Shown here one piece after another: positions 44,367 to 53,264 of a stretch of 64,000 bases of DNA (positions within the stretch are counted from its first letter, which is position 1; each line of letters opens with the position of its first letter). A program made the translations under genes and the position numbers. Under the pieces are notes generated by a model. It saw only the letters and a program-made list of their open reading frames with translations. It had not been told where the DNA came from and did not search any database. This stretch comes from an uncultured virus (IMG/VR IMGVR_UViG_3300025732_000038). Lineage: Duplodnaviria > Heunggongvirae > Uroviricota > Caudoviricetes. The stretch lies in IMG/VR virus record IMGVR_UViG_3300025732_000038. The stretch is one strand, 5' to 3'.

Positions 44367-44653
44367 TGGCTACTCCCAGGGACCCACGCCTAGCCAGGGC
44401 GGGAGTGTCGGGCTACAACAAGCCCAAGCGCACCCCCAACCACCCAACCAAGTCCCACATCGTGGTCGCCAAATCTGGCGGCCAAATCAAGACCATCCGT
44501 TTTGGTCAACAGGGCGTTTCTGGTTCCCCCCGCAAAGCGGGAGAATCCGCCTCATACAGAAAACGGCGGGAATCCTTCCAGGCGCGACACGCCAAAAACA
44601 TAGCCAAAGGACCCATGTCCGCAGCCTACTGGGCAAACAAGGAGAAATGGTGA
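44366..44653 (+). CDS. Conserved basic phage protein
   Basis: Homolog of 6945-7232. Confidence 0.8.
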   Translation: MATPRDPRLARAGVSGYNKPKRTPNHPTKSHIVVAKSGGQIKTIRFGQQGVSGSPRKAGESASYRKRRESFQARHAKNIAKGPMSAAYWANKEKW

Positions 44654-44913
44654 CAACCGAACACAAAACACCCCCCATCCAAATCGTAGAATGGTGGGAC
44701 TCCTTCAGCATCGAAGACGAATGGTACGACCTCAACACCAAACACCCCCACAGACATATCTTTAGCACGGGTTATGTGGTAGGAGAAGACGACCATTACG
44801 TCCACCTAGCCACCACATTCGACCCATACAGCGGCACCTACTCAGTAGCCATCGCCATATATAAGCCCTGCATAGTGGCCAGAACCCCACTAGCAACAGC
44901 AGGCTTCCACTAA
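44647..44913 (+). CDS. Hypothetical protein (VEWWD motif)
   Basis: Homolog of 7226-7489. Confidence 0.75.
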   Translation: MVTTEHKTPPIQIVEWWDSFSIEDEWYDLNTKHPHRHIFSTGYVVGEDDHYVHLATTFDPYSGTYSVAIAIYKPCIVARTPLATAGFH

Positions 44914-45181
44914 ACATCCACAGAGGATATCCCCAGCCGTAGATTCAGCCCTCGCTTGAGGGACTCCTAATTGTCCTGACGCCGGTACCCACCAACGCGC
45001 CCATGTGCGTGTGTGCGCCCGTATGAGACCATTTCCTTGTGTTCGTACGCTGGGGCTTCCCGCACGAATCGCCCGTGCCGACAAGGGGTGAGAGAACAAT
45101 ACAGGCGTCCCCAGCGGTACACATCGCAGGTGCTGGTGGTGGCGTCGGTATGCGCTCTTGTCCAAATCAAATCACAACGAG

Positions 45182-45199
45182 TGGTAGGAATTCCTACCA
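45182..45199. promoter_or_regulatory. Palindromic operator-like site B1
   Basis: TGGTAGG-AATT-CCTACCA. Confidence 0.8.
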
Positions 45200-45220
45200 T
45201 GAACACAAGGAGAGAATGTC

Positions 45221-45706
45221 ATAGCAACGAAGCATCGCACGGGGACGGCTCCCCGCAAGTCCACTTCCGCGTTCGTGTGGAAGCACAAGAAGTCACTGAA
45301 CGCCGACCTCGTGCTCGCACGCAAGGCGGGTCTCGCACTCATCATCAACTCGTACACCTACTTCACGCATGACCGTTGGGTCAATCCCGACTTGTCGTTG
45401 CGTGCGTGGTTCACGGCGTGGGGCGTTGCGTGTCCGGAGGCGTTGGACAAGTCCGATGGTCAGCAGTATTCGTTGGACTACTTGCGTATCTACGCCGGCA
45501 AGGTTCAGACGGTTGTGGAGGGCGGTTTCACCATCGGTCACATCACTTCCATTTCCAAGTTGGAGGAGTTGTGCGATAAGGTGAACGGCAAGTCCGCACC
45601 GAAGCCCAAGAAGTCGGTGGTGGATGCTGAGGCAGACCGCCTCGCCAAGAAGTTGACCAAGGCGCAGGTGCGTAGCCTCATCAAGAAGTTGGAGGCTTCG
45701 CTCTGA
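45221..45706 (+). CDS. Putative early DNA-binding regulator, probable AUA start (161 aa)
   Basis: AAGGAG-8nt-ATA GCA ACG AAG; remote homolog of 7795-8268. Confidence 0.65.
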   Translation: MATKHRTGTAPRKSTSAFVWKHKKSLNADLVLARKAGLALIINSYTYFTHDRWVNPDLSLRAWFTAWGVACPEALDKSDGQQYSLDYLRIYAGKVQTVVEGGFTIGHITSISKLEELCDKVNGKSAPKPKKSVVDAEADRLAKKLTKAQVRSLIKKLEASL

Positions 45707-45707
45707 G

Positions 45708-45725
45708 TGGTAGGAAAACCTACCA
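45708..45725. promoter_or_regulatory. Palindromic operator-like site B2
   Basis: TGGTAGG-AAAA-CCTACCA. Confidence 0.8.
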
Positions 45726-45787
45726 GCCGAAACGCCGTGAGGCGTCGTTCGCAGGTTGCCCTCTGCGAGCCTGAATGATGGCAGGGC
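45726..45787 (+). ncRNA. Type II hammerhead ribozyme, core-insertion variant
   Basis: Stems I and III and pseudoknot identical to 8283-8344; core reads CTGAATGAT-GGC; predicted cut after 45746. Confidence 0.75.
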
Positions 45788-45796
45788 TGAAAGGAA

Positions 45797-45997
45797 ATGG
45801 AAATGAAAATCAACTACATCGTTCACCGCTTGGAGGGTGGGCGTTACCAAATCGTTGCGTGGTGGCGCGACGGTGCGGGTGAGGTTCATCAGCAGTTTGA
45901 CCGTCCTCGTGAGGGCGGTGTGTCGTATGAGGAAATCGTGGCGATTCATCGTCATGAGATGGGTGACCAGCCGTTGGGTAAGATTCAGTTCGCCTGA
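45797..45997 (+). CDS. Hypothetical early protein (genome-specific)
   Basis: AAAGGA SD after the ribozyme; start 45797 or 45803. Confidence 0.65.
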   Translation: MEMKINYIVHRLEGGRYQIVAWWRDGAGEVHQQFDRPREGGVSYEEIVAIHRHEMGDQPLGKIQFA

Positions 45998-46012
45998 CGG
46001 GAAGTGATAGTG

Positions 46013-46101
46013 GCGTCGCACAAGATGAGTCTTGTGCCACGCTGAGAGCACATGGTGGTAGGATTTCCTACCAGTGTGTGTTGTCAGCGTGAAACACACG
46101 C
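46013..46101 (+). ncRNA. Conserved structured RNA element (three-way junction)
   Basis: CACGCTGA/TCAGCGTG compensatory change relative to 8789-8873. Confidence 0.6.
46056..46073. promoter_or_regulatory. Palindromic operator-like site B3
   Basis: TGGTAGG-ATTT-CCTACCA. Confidence 0.8.
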
Positions 46102-46125
46102 ACACAAACAACAAGGAGAAACAAC

Positions 46126-46353
46126 ATGAGCAAGTCACAGGAAATGCGAATCATCGATTCGTACGAGTACGAGGGCATCTTTATCCCTCGTCGTGATGAG
46201 GAACCGGACACCGATTTCGGTGTTGTCGGTCAGTTTGATGACATGGATGACGACGACATGGTGTCGTTGGAGTGGCGCATCTCCGCTCGTCTGCGTGGTG
46301 AGCGTGAGGCGTTGGGCATGTTCCACCATTACAACAAGGAGGTGATGGCGTGA
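46126..46353 (+). CDS. Small acidic early protein
   Basis: Homolog of 8898-9125. Confidence 0.8.
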   Translation: MSKSQEMRIIDSYEYEGIFIPRRDEEPDTDFGVVGQFDDMDDDDMVSLEWRISARLRGEREALGMFHHYNKEVMA

Positions 46354-46601
46354 GCCAGTACGCATCGGATGCCCGAGTTGTCGGGGCGTGGCGAGACTCG
46401 TTGGAGTATCCCATCGTTGAGGATAACTTCATCGTGGAAAAGAAAGCGAAAGAACTTTCGTACATGAAAGCGTACGAAATTCAGGATGTGTGGTACGAGT
46501 CTCCTGACTTGTCTCGCGCATTCATTGAGTGGGTAAAAGCCCAAGACACCGAACAACTTGTTGCTGAGTTGTTCCGAACAGAGAAGGGAGAGAGCAAGTG
46601 A
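46350..46601 (+). CDS. Hypothetical early protein (genome-specific)
   Basis: AAGGAGG SD, GTGA overlap. Confidence 0.65.
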   Translation: MSQYASDARVVGAWRDSLEYPIVEDNFIVEKKAKELSYMKAYEIQDVWYESPDLSRAFIEWVKAQDTEQLVAELFRTEKGESK

Positions 46602-47029
46602 ACACACAAACAAATGAAAGGTGGGCGGTCATGCGTCCGCAGAACAAGGGCGAGTTCTACATGAAGTGGCAGGGCCACTATTGGTCCGGTCTTGTCTCAG
46701 TACAATCTCGTGGTCGTTGGTGGTACAAGGATGACGGATTCGTTCATCTTTCTACCGATGACATGGACGAATGGTGGGGCATGATGGAAATAGTGCGCGC
46801 ATTTCATGTGCGTCCATCCAGCGATGCGAGAATGAATGAGTATCTCGTCATCGCAGAGATGCCGTTTCCGCACGAGCATCTCGTGCTTGCCCACAATTTC
46901 AGCACCCAAGACGAAGCGATTCGTTTCTTGGATGACATGTATGCGTCCACCACTTGCGTGTGGGACGCAGAGGTCTATGTCGGTGGCTCCACTCTGATGG
47001 AGTATCGCATGGAGAGAGGGCTGTTGTAG
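46598..47029 (+). CDS. Hypothetical early protein
   Basis: Homolog of 9514-9945. Confidence 0.8.
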   Translation: MNTQTNERWAVMRPQNKGEFYMKWQGHYWSGLVSVQSRGRWWYKDDGFVHLSTDDMDEWWGMMEIVRAFHVRPSSDARMNEYLVIAEMPFPHEHLVLAHNFSTQDEAIRFLDDMYASTTCVWDAEVYVGGSTLMEYRMERGLL

Positions 47030-47041
47030 GATTTCCTACCA
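47024..47041. promoter_or_regulatory. Palindromic operator-like site B4 (overlaps TAG stop)
   Basis: TTGTAGG-ATTT-CCTACCA. Confidence 0.75.
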
Positions 47042-47077
47042 GCCAAACAACAACCAACAACAACAGAAAGGAAAGTC

Positions 47078-48298
47078 ATGACAGCATCAGAGGATTTCGT
47101 TCCCGAGGAACCACCGATTGGTGAGTGCCACAACTGTGGCGAGGAGCGTGTGCTCACGTCCGTCGCGGACGGATACTCGTATGACGAACAGCACCGCTGG
47201 CGTCAGCGTCATCACATGTACTGCGAGGAATGTTTCTTCCACTGTAACGAATGTGATGAGCCGACACCAGAGACCAACCGCTATCCGTCCCCGCTGAATG
47301 GCAGGGCGTATTGCGAGGATTGTTATTGCGAAACTCACAACACATGCGAGCGTTGCGATGACACCATCTGGGCGCACCAGTCCAACTATCCCGACTTCCG
47401 CGATGGTCCCTACTGTGACGATTGCCTAATGGTGATTGAGGATGAGTACTACGGAGGTGACTGCGACTATGAACATCCGTCTAATGTCATCAGGTCGTAC
47501 TCAACCAAGTTGGGTAGCGTGTTCCGTCACTGGGACACTGTCATCAACGACTGCGTTCTCACTGGTCGTGGTCGTCACGAGATTCCGTATCTCGGCTTTG
47601 AGTTGGAGACCAACATGCGCGAGGGGTCGGGTTACGAGTTGCGTGAGCGTGGTGCTATCGCTCTGCGTGACGCATCGCCCGATGACTACCTCATCATGAA
47701 AGAGGATGGCTCCATCAGTGGATTCGAGATTGTCACCGAACCGTGTGACTATCGCACCCACTTGGAGTTGTTCCCGTGGCACATGCTCAACAAACTTGCT
47801 ACCGATTTCGGTATGACATCGTGGCGTGGCGCTGGCGCTGGGCTTCATGTCCACATCAGCAAGTCATCGTTCAGCAAACTCCACCTCGGTGCGTTCCTCC
47901 AATTCCATGACAAGAACATCAAGGAACTCGTCAAGTTGGCGGGTCGCGAGTCCACCTACTCCAAGTTCGGACGCACGATTCGTGACTGGAACCACGATGT
48001 CAAGATGGACAGAGTGAAGCAGGCGATGGGATTGGAAGTGAACGGCGACCGCTATGTCGCAGTCAATCTCCAAAACCGCAACACTGTGGAACTGCGCTAC
48101 TTCCGTGGCAGTCTCAAAGAGCAGACTGTCAAGGGTGTGTTGGAGTTCACGCACTCGTTGTGGCAGTACACCAAGCAGACCAAGTTCACTTCACTTGACT
48201 CGCACAAGAACATTCTGTGGCCGGCGTATCGTGAGTGGCTGTTCGCTCAGCCAGAGTTCACGCACGCTCAGTCACTCGTCACTACCCGTGGTCTCTGA
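47078..48298 (+). CDS. Putative amidoligase with N-terminal zinc fingers
   Basis: Homolog of 10004-11239; N-terminus diverged. Confidence 0.85.
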   Translation: MTASEDFVPEEPPIGECHNCGEERVLTSVADGYSYDEQHRWRQRHHMYCEECFFHCNECDEPTPETNRYPSPLNGRAYCEDCYCETHNTCERCDDTIWAHQSNYPDFRDGPYCDDCLMVIEDEYYGGDCDYEHPSNVIRSYSTKLGSVFRHWDTVINDCVLTGRGRHEIPYLGFELETNMREGSGYELRERGAIALRDASPDDYLIMKEDGSISGFEIVTEPCDYRTHLELFPWHMLNKLATDFGMTSWRGAGAGLHVHISKSSFSKLHLGAFLQFHDKNIKELVKLAGRESTYSKFGRTIRDWNHDVKMDRVKQAMGLEVNGDRYVAVNLQNRNTVELRYFRGSLKEQTVKGVLEFTHSLWQYTKQTKFTSLDSHKNILWPAYREWLFAQPEFTHAQSLVTTRGL

Positions 48299-48321
48299 CC
48301 ACAGAATAGGAGATACATCAA

Positions 48322-49173
48322 ATGTGTTTGCTCATCTACGCCAGCCCTAATCACAACCCGTCCAAGAAAGCCTTGCGTCGTGCTGCGAACAACAACCCTG
48401 ATGGGTTCGGGTTCGCTGTGCGCACCAACAAGGAAGTCTTGTACTACAAGTCCATGTCTATTGAGGACACCATCAAGGAGTTCTTTGACCTCCGCAAGCG
48501 GTTCCCCGATAGCCATTCCATCTTCCATCTTCGCATCACCACGCATGGTGCTACGAATCTGGACAACTGCCATCCGTTCGTAGTGGATGACGCCATCGTG
48601 CTTGCGCACAACGGCATGCTCCCCATCAAGGAACAAGATGGCAAGTCTGACACTCGCCAGTTCGCGGAGGAATGGTTGCCGACGATGGGCGTCAAGGAAA
48701 TGCTTGACGACCCTCGTGGCTTCGCAGAGTTGGAAGCATTTGCGACGGGTTCCAAGTTGGCTATCGTTTCCGCCAACCCGCAACTTGACCATCCGTTCTA
48801 CATCGTGAACGAACGGCTCGGTCATTGGGACAAGGGCGTGTGGTATTCCAACTCGTCGTACACCAAGAACTACAACTCGTGGATGTCGTATTCGTCTGCG
48901 TCGTGGCGTTCATACAACGGTCACGGCTACACCCCACAAGATGATGCGCTTGTCATCAACAACTCGTGGCAGTGGGACGAGGAGCAAGACGAGTGGTACT
49001 ACGAGGACGAGATTGTTGACTGGCGCTGTAATGTGTGCGACCTGACAACCACGATTGACCTCGCTGACGACGAGCCTCGTGCCTGTCCGGAGTGTGGCAC
49101 GTGCTGGTTCTGCGAGAAGGACTACTCGTCCTGCTACTGTTGGCATCCGAAACTACAATTGGAAAGGAAGTAA
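48322..49173 (+). CDS. Class II glutamine amidotransferase
   Basis: Identical to 11263-12114 except one residue. Confidence 0.9.
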   Translation: MCLLIYASPNHNPSKKALRRAANNNPDGFGFAVRTNKEVLYYKSMSIEDTIKEFFDLRKRFPDSHSIFHLRITTHGATNLDNCHPFVVDDAIVLAHNGMLPIKEQDGKSDTRQFAEEWLPTMGVKEMLDDPRGFAELEAFATGSKLAIVSANPQLDHPFYIVNERLGHWDKGVWYSNSSYTKNYNSWMSYSSASWRSYNGHGYTPQDDALVINNSWQWDEEQDEWYYEDEIVDWRCNVCDLTTTIDLADDEPRACPECGTCWFCEKDYSSCYCWHPKLQLERK

Positions 49174-49293
49174 ATGAACTGGGTATTGCTCATCTCATTC
49201 TTGTGGGCGGGTATCGTCGTCGGTCTGATGGCGTTCTCGTTTCATGTCGGATACAATCATGCTCTCTACGAACTACGGAAGGATAACGAATAA
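49174..49293 (+). CDS. 39-aa membrane peptide
   Basis: Copy of 12115-12234. Confidence 0.6.
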   Translation: MNWVLLISFLWAGIVVGLMAFSFHVGYNHALYELRKDNE

Positions 49294-49490
49294 TGGAACC
49301 GACACTCAGTCTTGATGTAACCTTTGAGGAATTGTCTGCGCTTCACAAGACAATCGGTATCGCGATTGACAACCTCAACAGCAAGGTCGCCCGTCTGGGT
49401 ACTGACTCTCATCGGGGTAGCGATGCGCTCTCCGACCTCAACCTGCTAGCCAACATTCAACGTCAGATTCTTGACCAACTCACCAACTGA
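49293..49490 (+). CDS. Hypothetical protein
   Basis: Copy of 12234-12431. Confidence 0.65.
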   Translation: MEPTLSLDVTFEELSALHKTIGIAIDNLNSKVARLGTDSHRGSDALSDLNLLANIQRQILDQLTN

Positions 49491-49499
49491 AAGGCAACC

Positions 49500-49934
49500 A
49501 TGAACAACAAACTCAGCACCAACGATGAACTCTTCAACTCGTTCCTTGTGTGGGCAACGAACGCCGACTCGTGGAACGACCAGTATGCCAGCGTATGGGC
49601 AAGGGGCAGTAGCCTCGACGAGTGGGACATTCAGGTCTTGCCGACGCAAGACCCGTACCATCTGCTCCCCTTGTGCGTTCAGTCAACACCCAAGGACAGC
49701 GCACAGGAGTACATGATGATGATGTACGGCTGGGCCACCCCTGTCACGGAGGACAACGAGGAGGTGGAGGGCGAGGAACGTCGCCGCATCCGTGTCATCG
49801 TCTACTTCCACAAAGGGGAGGAACGTATCGCTCTCCAATTCAAGGGCGAAACGATTGAGGAAGTGCCGAACGGTGAGGGTATGTTCGGTGACGCAATCCG
49901 AGAACTTCGGGCAATCCAATCAGCAAACAACTAG
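49500..49934 (+). CDS. Hypothetical protein
   Basis: Copy of 12441-12875. Confidence 0.7.
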   Translation: MNNKLSTNDELFNSFLVWATNADSWNDQYASVWARGSSLDEWDIQVLPTQDPYHLLPLCVQSTPKDSAQEYMMMMYGWATPVTEDNEEVEGEERRRIRVIVYFHKGEERIALQFKGETIEEVPNGEGMFGDAIRELRAIQSANN

Positions 49935-49942
49935 GAGGAAGC

Positions 49943-50203
49943 ATGAGAGAAGCATCAACCCCGTACACGATGGTGTACTCCCCTCTTGTCTTCGTGGATT
50001 TCGATGAGCACGGTAACGTCCGTTCTCACGAACTCCAATGGAGCACGGAGGGCGGGCTGTATGTCAACGACAACAAGAACAAGAAGCGTTTCATCTTGAA
50101 TCAGTTGCCTCAGGAAATCGTTGAGCAAGTGGATGACTACCTGAGCGCGCTTGATCTCGTGCGCTGGTTCCAGCCAGAACCCATGCCCGATGAACCGTTC
50201 TGA
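49943..50203 (+). CDS. Hypothetical protein
   Basis: Homolog of 12884-13144; identity breaks inside this gene. Confidence 0.75.
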   Translation: MREASTPYTMVYSPLVFVDFDEHGNVRSHELQWSTEGGLYVNDNKNKKRFILNQLPQEIVEQVDDYLSALDLVRWFQPEPMPDEPF

Positions 50204-50330
50204 CAACACGGAACGCTGGGTATGCCCCAAGTGTGGCACTAAGTTGACAACCCATGTGGTATTATCGGAACCACCGTCTTGTATCAAGCACCGTGGTGGC
50301 TGGGTCAAGATGGTTCCGCAAGGCAAGTAA
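50190..50330 (+). CDS. Small zinc-ribbon protein
   Basis: Homolog of 13131-13271. Confidence 0.65.
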   Translation: MNRSDNTERWVCPKCGTKLTTHVVLSEPPSCIKHRGGWVKMVPQGK

Positions 50331-50336
50331 CGAAAC

Positions 50337-50380
50337 GCCCTCGGCACAGCGCCCCTGTGTCGGGGGCTTTCGTCGTCTCT
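50337..50380 (+). terminator. Probable intrinsic terminator
   Basis: GCCCTCGGCACAG-loop-CTGTGTCGGGGGC-TTTCGTCGTCTCT. Confidence 0.65.
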
Positions 50381-50389
50381 ACCCACCAG

Positions 50390-50499
50390 TTGACAAACCC
50401 CGTTGCTACAATCAACTTCGTCAGAAGTTGCTAGGGGGATACAGTATCCACGGCGCTCGAAGCGCCGTGGATTAGGTAACTACGACAAAGACAAGGAGG
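50390..50499 (+). promoter_or_regulatory. Middle-gene promoter/leader with inverted repeats
   Basis: Counterpart of 13334-13443. Confidence 0.55.
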
Positions 50500-50503
50500 A
50501 CGA

Positions 50504-50953
50504 ATGTCCGACCCTACCCGTTGCCCTGTCAAAGGTCACGACCCCGACTGTCTCTGTGATGTCATCGTCACCGAGCCATCGCCAATCCTTTCGGATTGGG
50601 CGAACGATGGCTGGTTCACGAAGGTCATAGCGGAGCGTCTTGGTCTGTCTACGCCTTGGACTGACGCAACCATTCTGGAACTTCTCGTGGCGCAGACCAT
50701 GCTTCACGATGAGTATGTGGTACAATACAAACTTGAGGTTCTTTCTGAGGAAGAACGCAAGCGTAACAAGAGTGAGCGCAAGACCCTGATGTCGCCCGAA
50801 CAGATGAACGATGTTCAGCGTATGTTCATCAACGGGGCCACGACTACGGCTGTTCGTATCCATCTCCAATCCAAGTACGGATTGGAACTAACCAAGACGT
50901 ACGCGGCGCATCTGCGCCGGCGTACGTTGGACAAGGTGAACAATGAGAGTTGA
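50504..50953 (+). CDS. Hypothetical protein, possible HTH
   Basis: Homolog of 13448-13897. Confidence 0.75.
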   Translation: MSDPTRCPVKGHDPDCLCDVIVTEPSPILSDWANDGWFTKVIAERLGLSTPWTDATILELLVAQTMLHDEYVVQYKLEVLSEEERKRNKSERKTLMSPEQMNDVQRMFINGATTTAVRIHLQSKYGLELTKTYAAHLRRRTLDKVNNES

Positions 50954-51767
50954 ACAAAGGTCAGATGGCGCTGATGTGTATGTCAGGCAGTCGTGGATAA
51001 ACGACGCGATGATGTGCGCCGAGCGAGGCAGGCAAGCAATCATCCGTCCCGAGTGGTCTATGCCTAATGATGCCACCATTCTTGGTACGGCTGTTCATGC
51101 TGGCATTGCCACCATTCTGGAGGGCAAGGGTAGTGGCACTAAGGTGGCGCACGAAACGCTGAATGAGTTGATCGCCCAGCCTTTCATGCGTACGAAGTAC
51201 ACGAATGAGGAACTTCACGATCATGCTCGCGAACTCGTGTCTGAGTGGGAACGCAACGTCGCCCCTCATGTCGGTGAGGTCGTTGCCGTTGAGAAAGATT
51301 TCGAGTTCCTGCTCGATGAGTTCACAGACCCAACGCTTGGTGTCGTGCGTGTTCATGGCAAGGGAACGATTGACCTCGTTACCACCACGGATGTGTGGGA
51401 CTGGAAGACAGCGGGGCGCAAGTACAACGCCAGAGAGAAACAGTCACAAGCGGTACAGCCAACGATGTATTCGGCTGCCGCTGTTGCCATGGGCTGGCTG
51501 GAGTATCCTGTAACATTCAAGTATGGCGTTATGGTTCGTGGCGGTAAGGCACAGATCGTGCCCGTTCATCGCAACGAAAGCCACACCGAGTGGCTACGAG
51601 ACATCGTTCGCCCGTTTGTACGGACAACGATGTTGCTCGGTACTGACACATCATGGACAAAGAATGACACGCACTACCTGTGTAGTGAAACGTGGTGTTC
51701 ATGGTGGTCAATCTGTAAGGGAAGCAAACTGTCACCTAGTGACCTGACCCCCGAAGGGGATAAGTAA
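50943..51767 (+). CDS. PD-(D/E)XK RecB/Cas4-like exonuclease
   Basis: Homolog of 13887-14717. Confidence 0.85.
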   Translation: MRVEQRSDGADVYVRQSWINDAMMCAERGRQAIIRPEWSMPNDATILGTAVHAGIATILEGKGSGTKVAHETLNELIAQPFMRTKYTNEELHDHARELVSEWERNVAPHVGEVVAVEKDFEFLLDEFTDPTLGVVRVHGKGTIDLVTTTDVWDWKTAGRKYNAREKQSQAVQPTMYSAAAVAMGWLEYPVTFKYGVMVRGGKAQIVPVHRNESHTEWLRDIVRPFVRTTMLLGTDTSWTKNDTHYLCSETWCSWWSICKGSKLSPSDLTPEGDK

Positions 51768-52216
51768 TGATTAGCAAGGACCAGTCAATCATCATGCAGG
51801 TTGCCGCAAAGATCGCGGCTGAACTGTGTGTCAAGTCAGACAACTTGGAAGCAACGCTCTCCGATTGGGACGTGGCTTTCAACTTTGTGAACGACAAACT
51901 TCAGACCACCAATGGCGTGGAGATGGTGAAGGCGGCGTTCCCCACGGCAACGATGGTGACCGAAGCGGACATCCCGTCCAGCGCGATTCAGGTGACGCTC
52001 GCTCCTGCGCGTGACACCTCCTCTGTCACCGTTGCTGGCACTCAGCATGGCGACCTTCCGAACTGGCTCGTGTCTGCGTGCCAGAAGGCTGGCGTTGGGC
52101 GAGTGTGGGACAACCGCGACTCTGCTGTCGGAACGAAGCGCCCTTGGTTCAAGCAGGCGGACGCGCCTGAGGGTGTTGAGCCTGCGGCGTTTTGGCCGCC
52201 GAAGAACGTCAAGTGA
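51767..52216 (+). CDS. Hypothetical replication/recombination-module protein
   Basis: Homolog of 14710-15156. Confidence 0.7.
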   Translation: MISKDQSIIMQVAAKIAAELCVKSDNLEATLSDWDVAFNFVNDKLQTTNGVEMVKAAFPTATMVTEADIPSSAIQVTLAPARDTSSVTVAGTQHGDLPNWLVSACQKAGVGRVWDNRDSAVGTKRPWFKQADAPEGVEPAAFWPPKNVK

Positions 52217-53262
52217 CGTTGGTTGACACAGACGAGATCGCTTCTCGTTGGGCTTCCTTGGCGGGGGACGATGAGTCCCCTGCCTCGGAACCCGTTGAGC
52301 AGAGCAAGCCGCACGTGTACTACCGTCCGCTTGACGAAGCGGCTCACGAGTTTGTGCGTTGGGCACAGTCCCCACACGAACGCGTGTACACGGGCTTCGC
52401 TGATCTTGATGATCAGATGCGTGGCATTGCTCCTGGCGAAATGACTCTCGTCGTTGGCTACTCCCACTCGGGCAAGACGCTCACCATGTTGGAGATGTTG
52501 CGCACCAACCGCAACAAGAACGTGGTGTACTTCGTCCCCGACGAACCGCGCACCTTGGTACTCATCAAGTTGGCTTGCGTTATCCATGGCGTGAACGCGT
52601 TTGATCTTGAGCGTGCTATCGCCGCTGACGATGAGCGTGCCATTGATCTGTTGCGTGAGACAGCGAACGAGTACTTCCCCAACCTTGCCGTGTTTGACCA
52701 GCCGATGGCTTTGTCCGACATGGAGAAAGCGATGGGCGAGGTATGCGATGTGTGGGGGCAGAAGCCCGACCTCGTAGTGTTCGACTATCTTGAGTTGCTT
52801 CAGGGTGGTGGCGAGGACGTACCGTCCAAGGCGAACACGTTGAAAGCGTGGGGTCGTCGGCATGATGTGCCGTTGCTGGTGCTTCATCAGACTTCCCGTT
52901 CGTCTGGTGCTGACGGTAGGCGCATGACTATCTCGTCGGGTTCATTCGGTGGCGAACAGCAGGCGACACACATCATCGGTGTGCGACGCAAGCGGTTTGA
53001 GATTGAGTCACAGATTCGTGAACTTGAAGCGAAACTGGACAGGTCAACCGTCAGCGAACGTGCGATGGAGCAACTCGATTTGTTGCGCTACAACGCTCGC
53101 ATCCATGCCCACACTCTCACGCTCAACCTCGTGAAGAACAAGCGTCCAGCGGGCAACCTGCTTGACGACATTGACTTTGAGATTGAGCAGGGAACGGGTA
53201 GGCTTTCCCGTCTGCGTGACGGTGAGTTGCCACGCCAGTTCCTCAACGAGATTGGTAGATAG
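52213..53262 (+). CDS. DnaB-like helicase
   Basis: GYSHSGKT, DYLELL; GTGA overlap start. Confidence 0.88.
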   Translation: MTLVDTDEIASRWASLAGDDESPASEPVEQSKPHVYYRPLDEAAHEFVRWAQSPHERVYTGFADLDDQMRGIAPGEMTLVVGYSHSGKTLTMLEMLRTNRNKNVVYFVPDEPRTLVLIKLACVIHGVNAFDLERAIAADDERAIDLLRETANEYFPNLAVFDQPMALSDMEKAMGEVCDVWGQKPDLVVFDYLELLQGGGEDVPSKANTLKAWGRRHDVPLLVLHQTSRSSGADGRRMTISSGSFGGEQQATHIIGVRRKRFEIESQIRELEAKLDRSTVSERAMEQLDLLRYNARIHAHTLTLNLVKNKRPAGNLLDDIDFEIEQGTGRLSRLRDGELPRQFLNEIGR

Positions 53263-53264
53263 TC

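Larger units (their letters stand above)
48386..50010. repeat. Second copy of the ~1.6 kb direct repeat
   Basis: Matches 11327-12951 at offset 37059. Confidence 0.85.

Noticed and set aside
46091..46105. GAAACACACG resembling hairpin-ribozyme loop B
   Set aside because: Not conserved in the other copy (GAAGTACACG) and the partner GUAUAUUAC strand is missing
50327..50333. Plus-strand GTAACGA as a late promoter
   Set aside because: Not present in the other copy, runs straight into a terminator, no ATG 15 nt downstream
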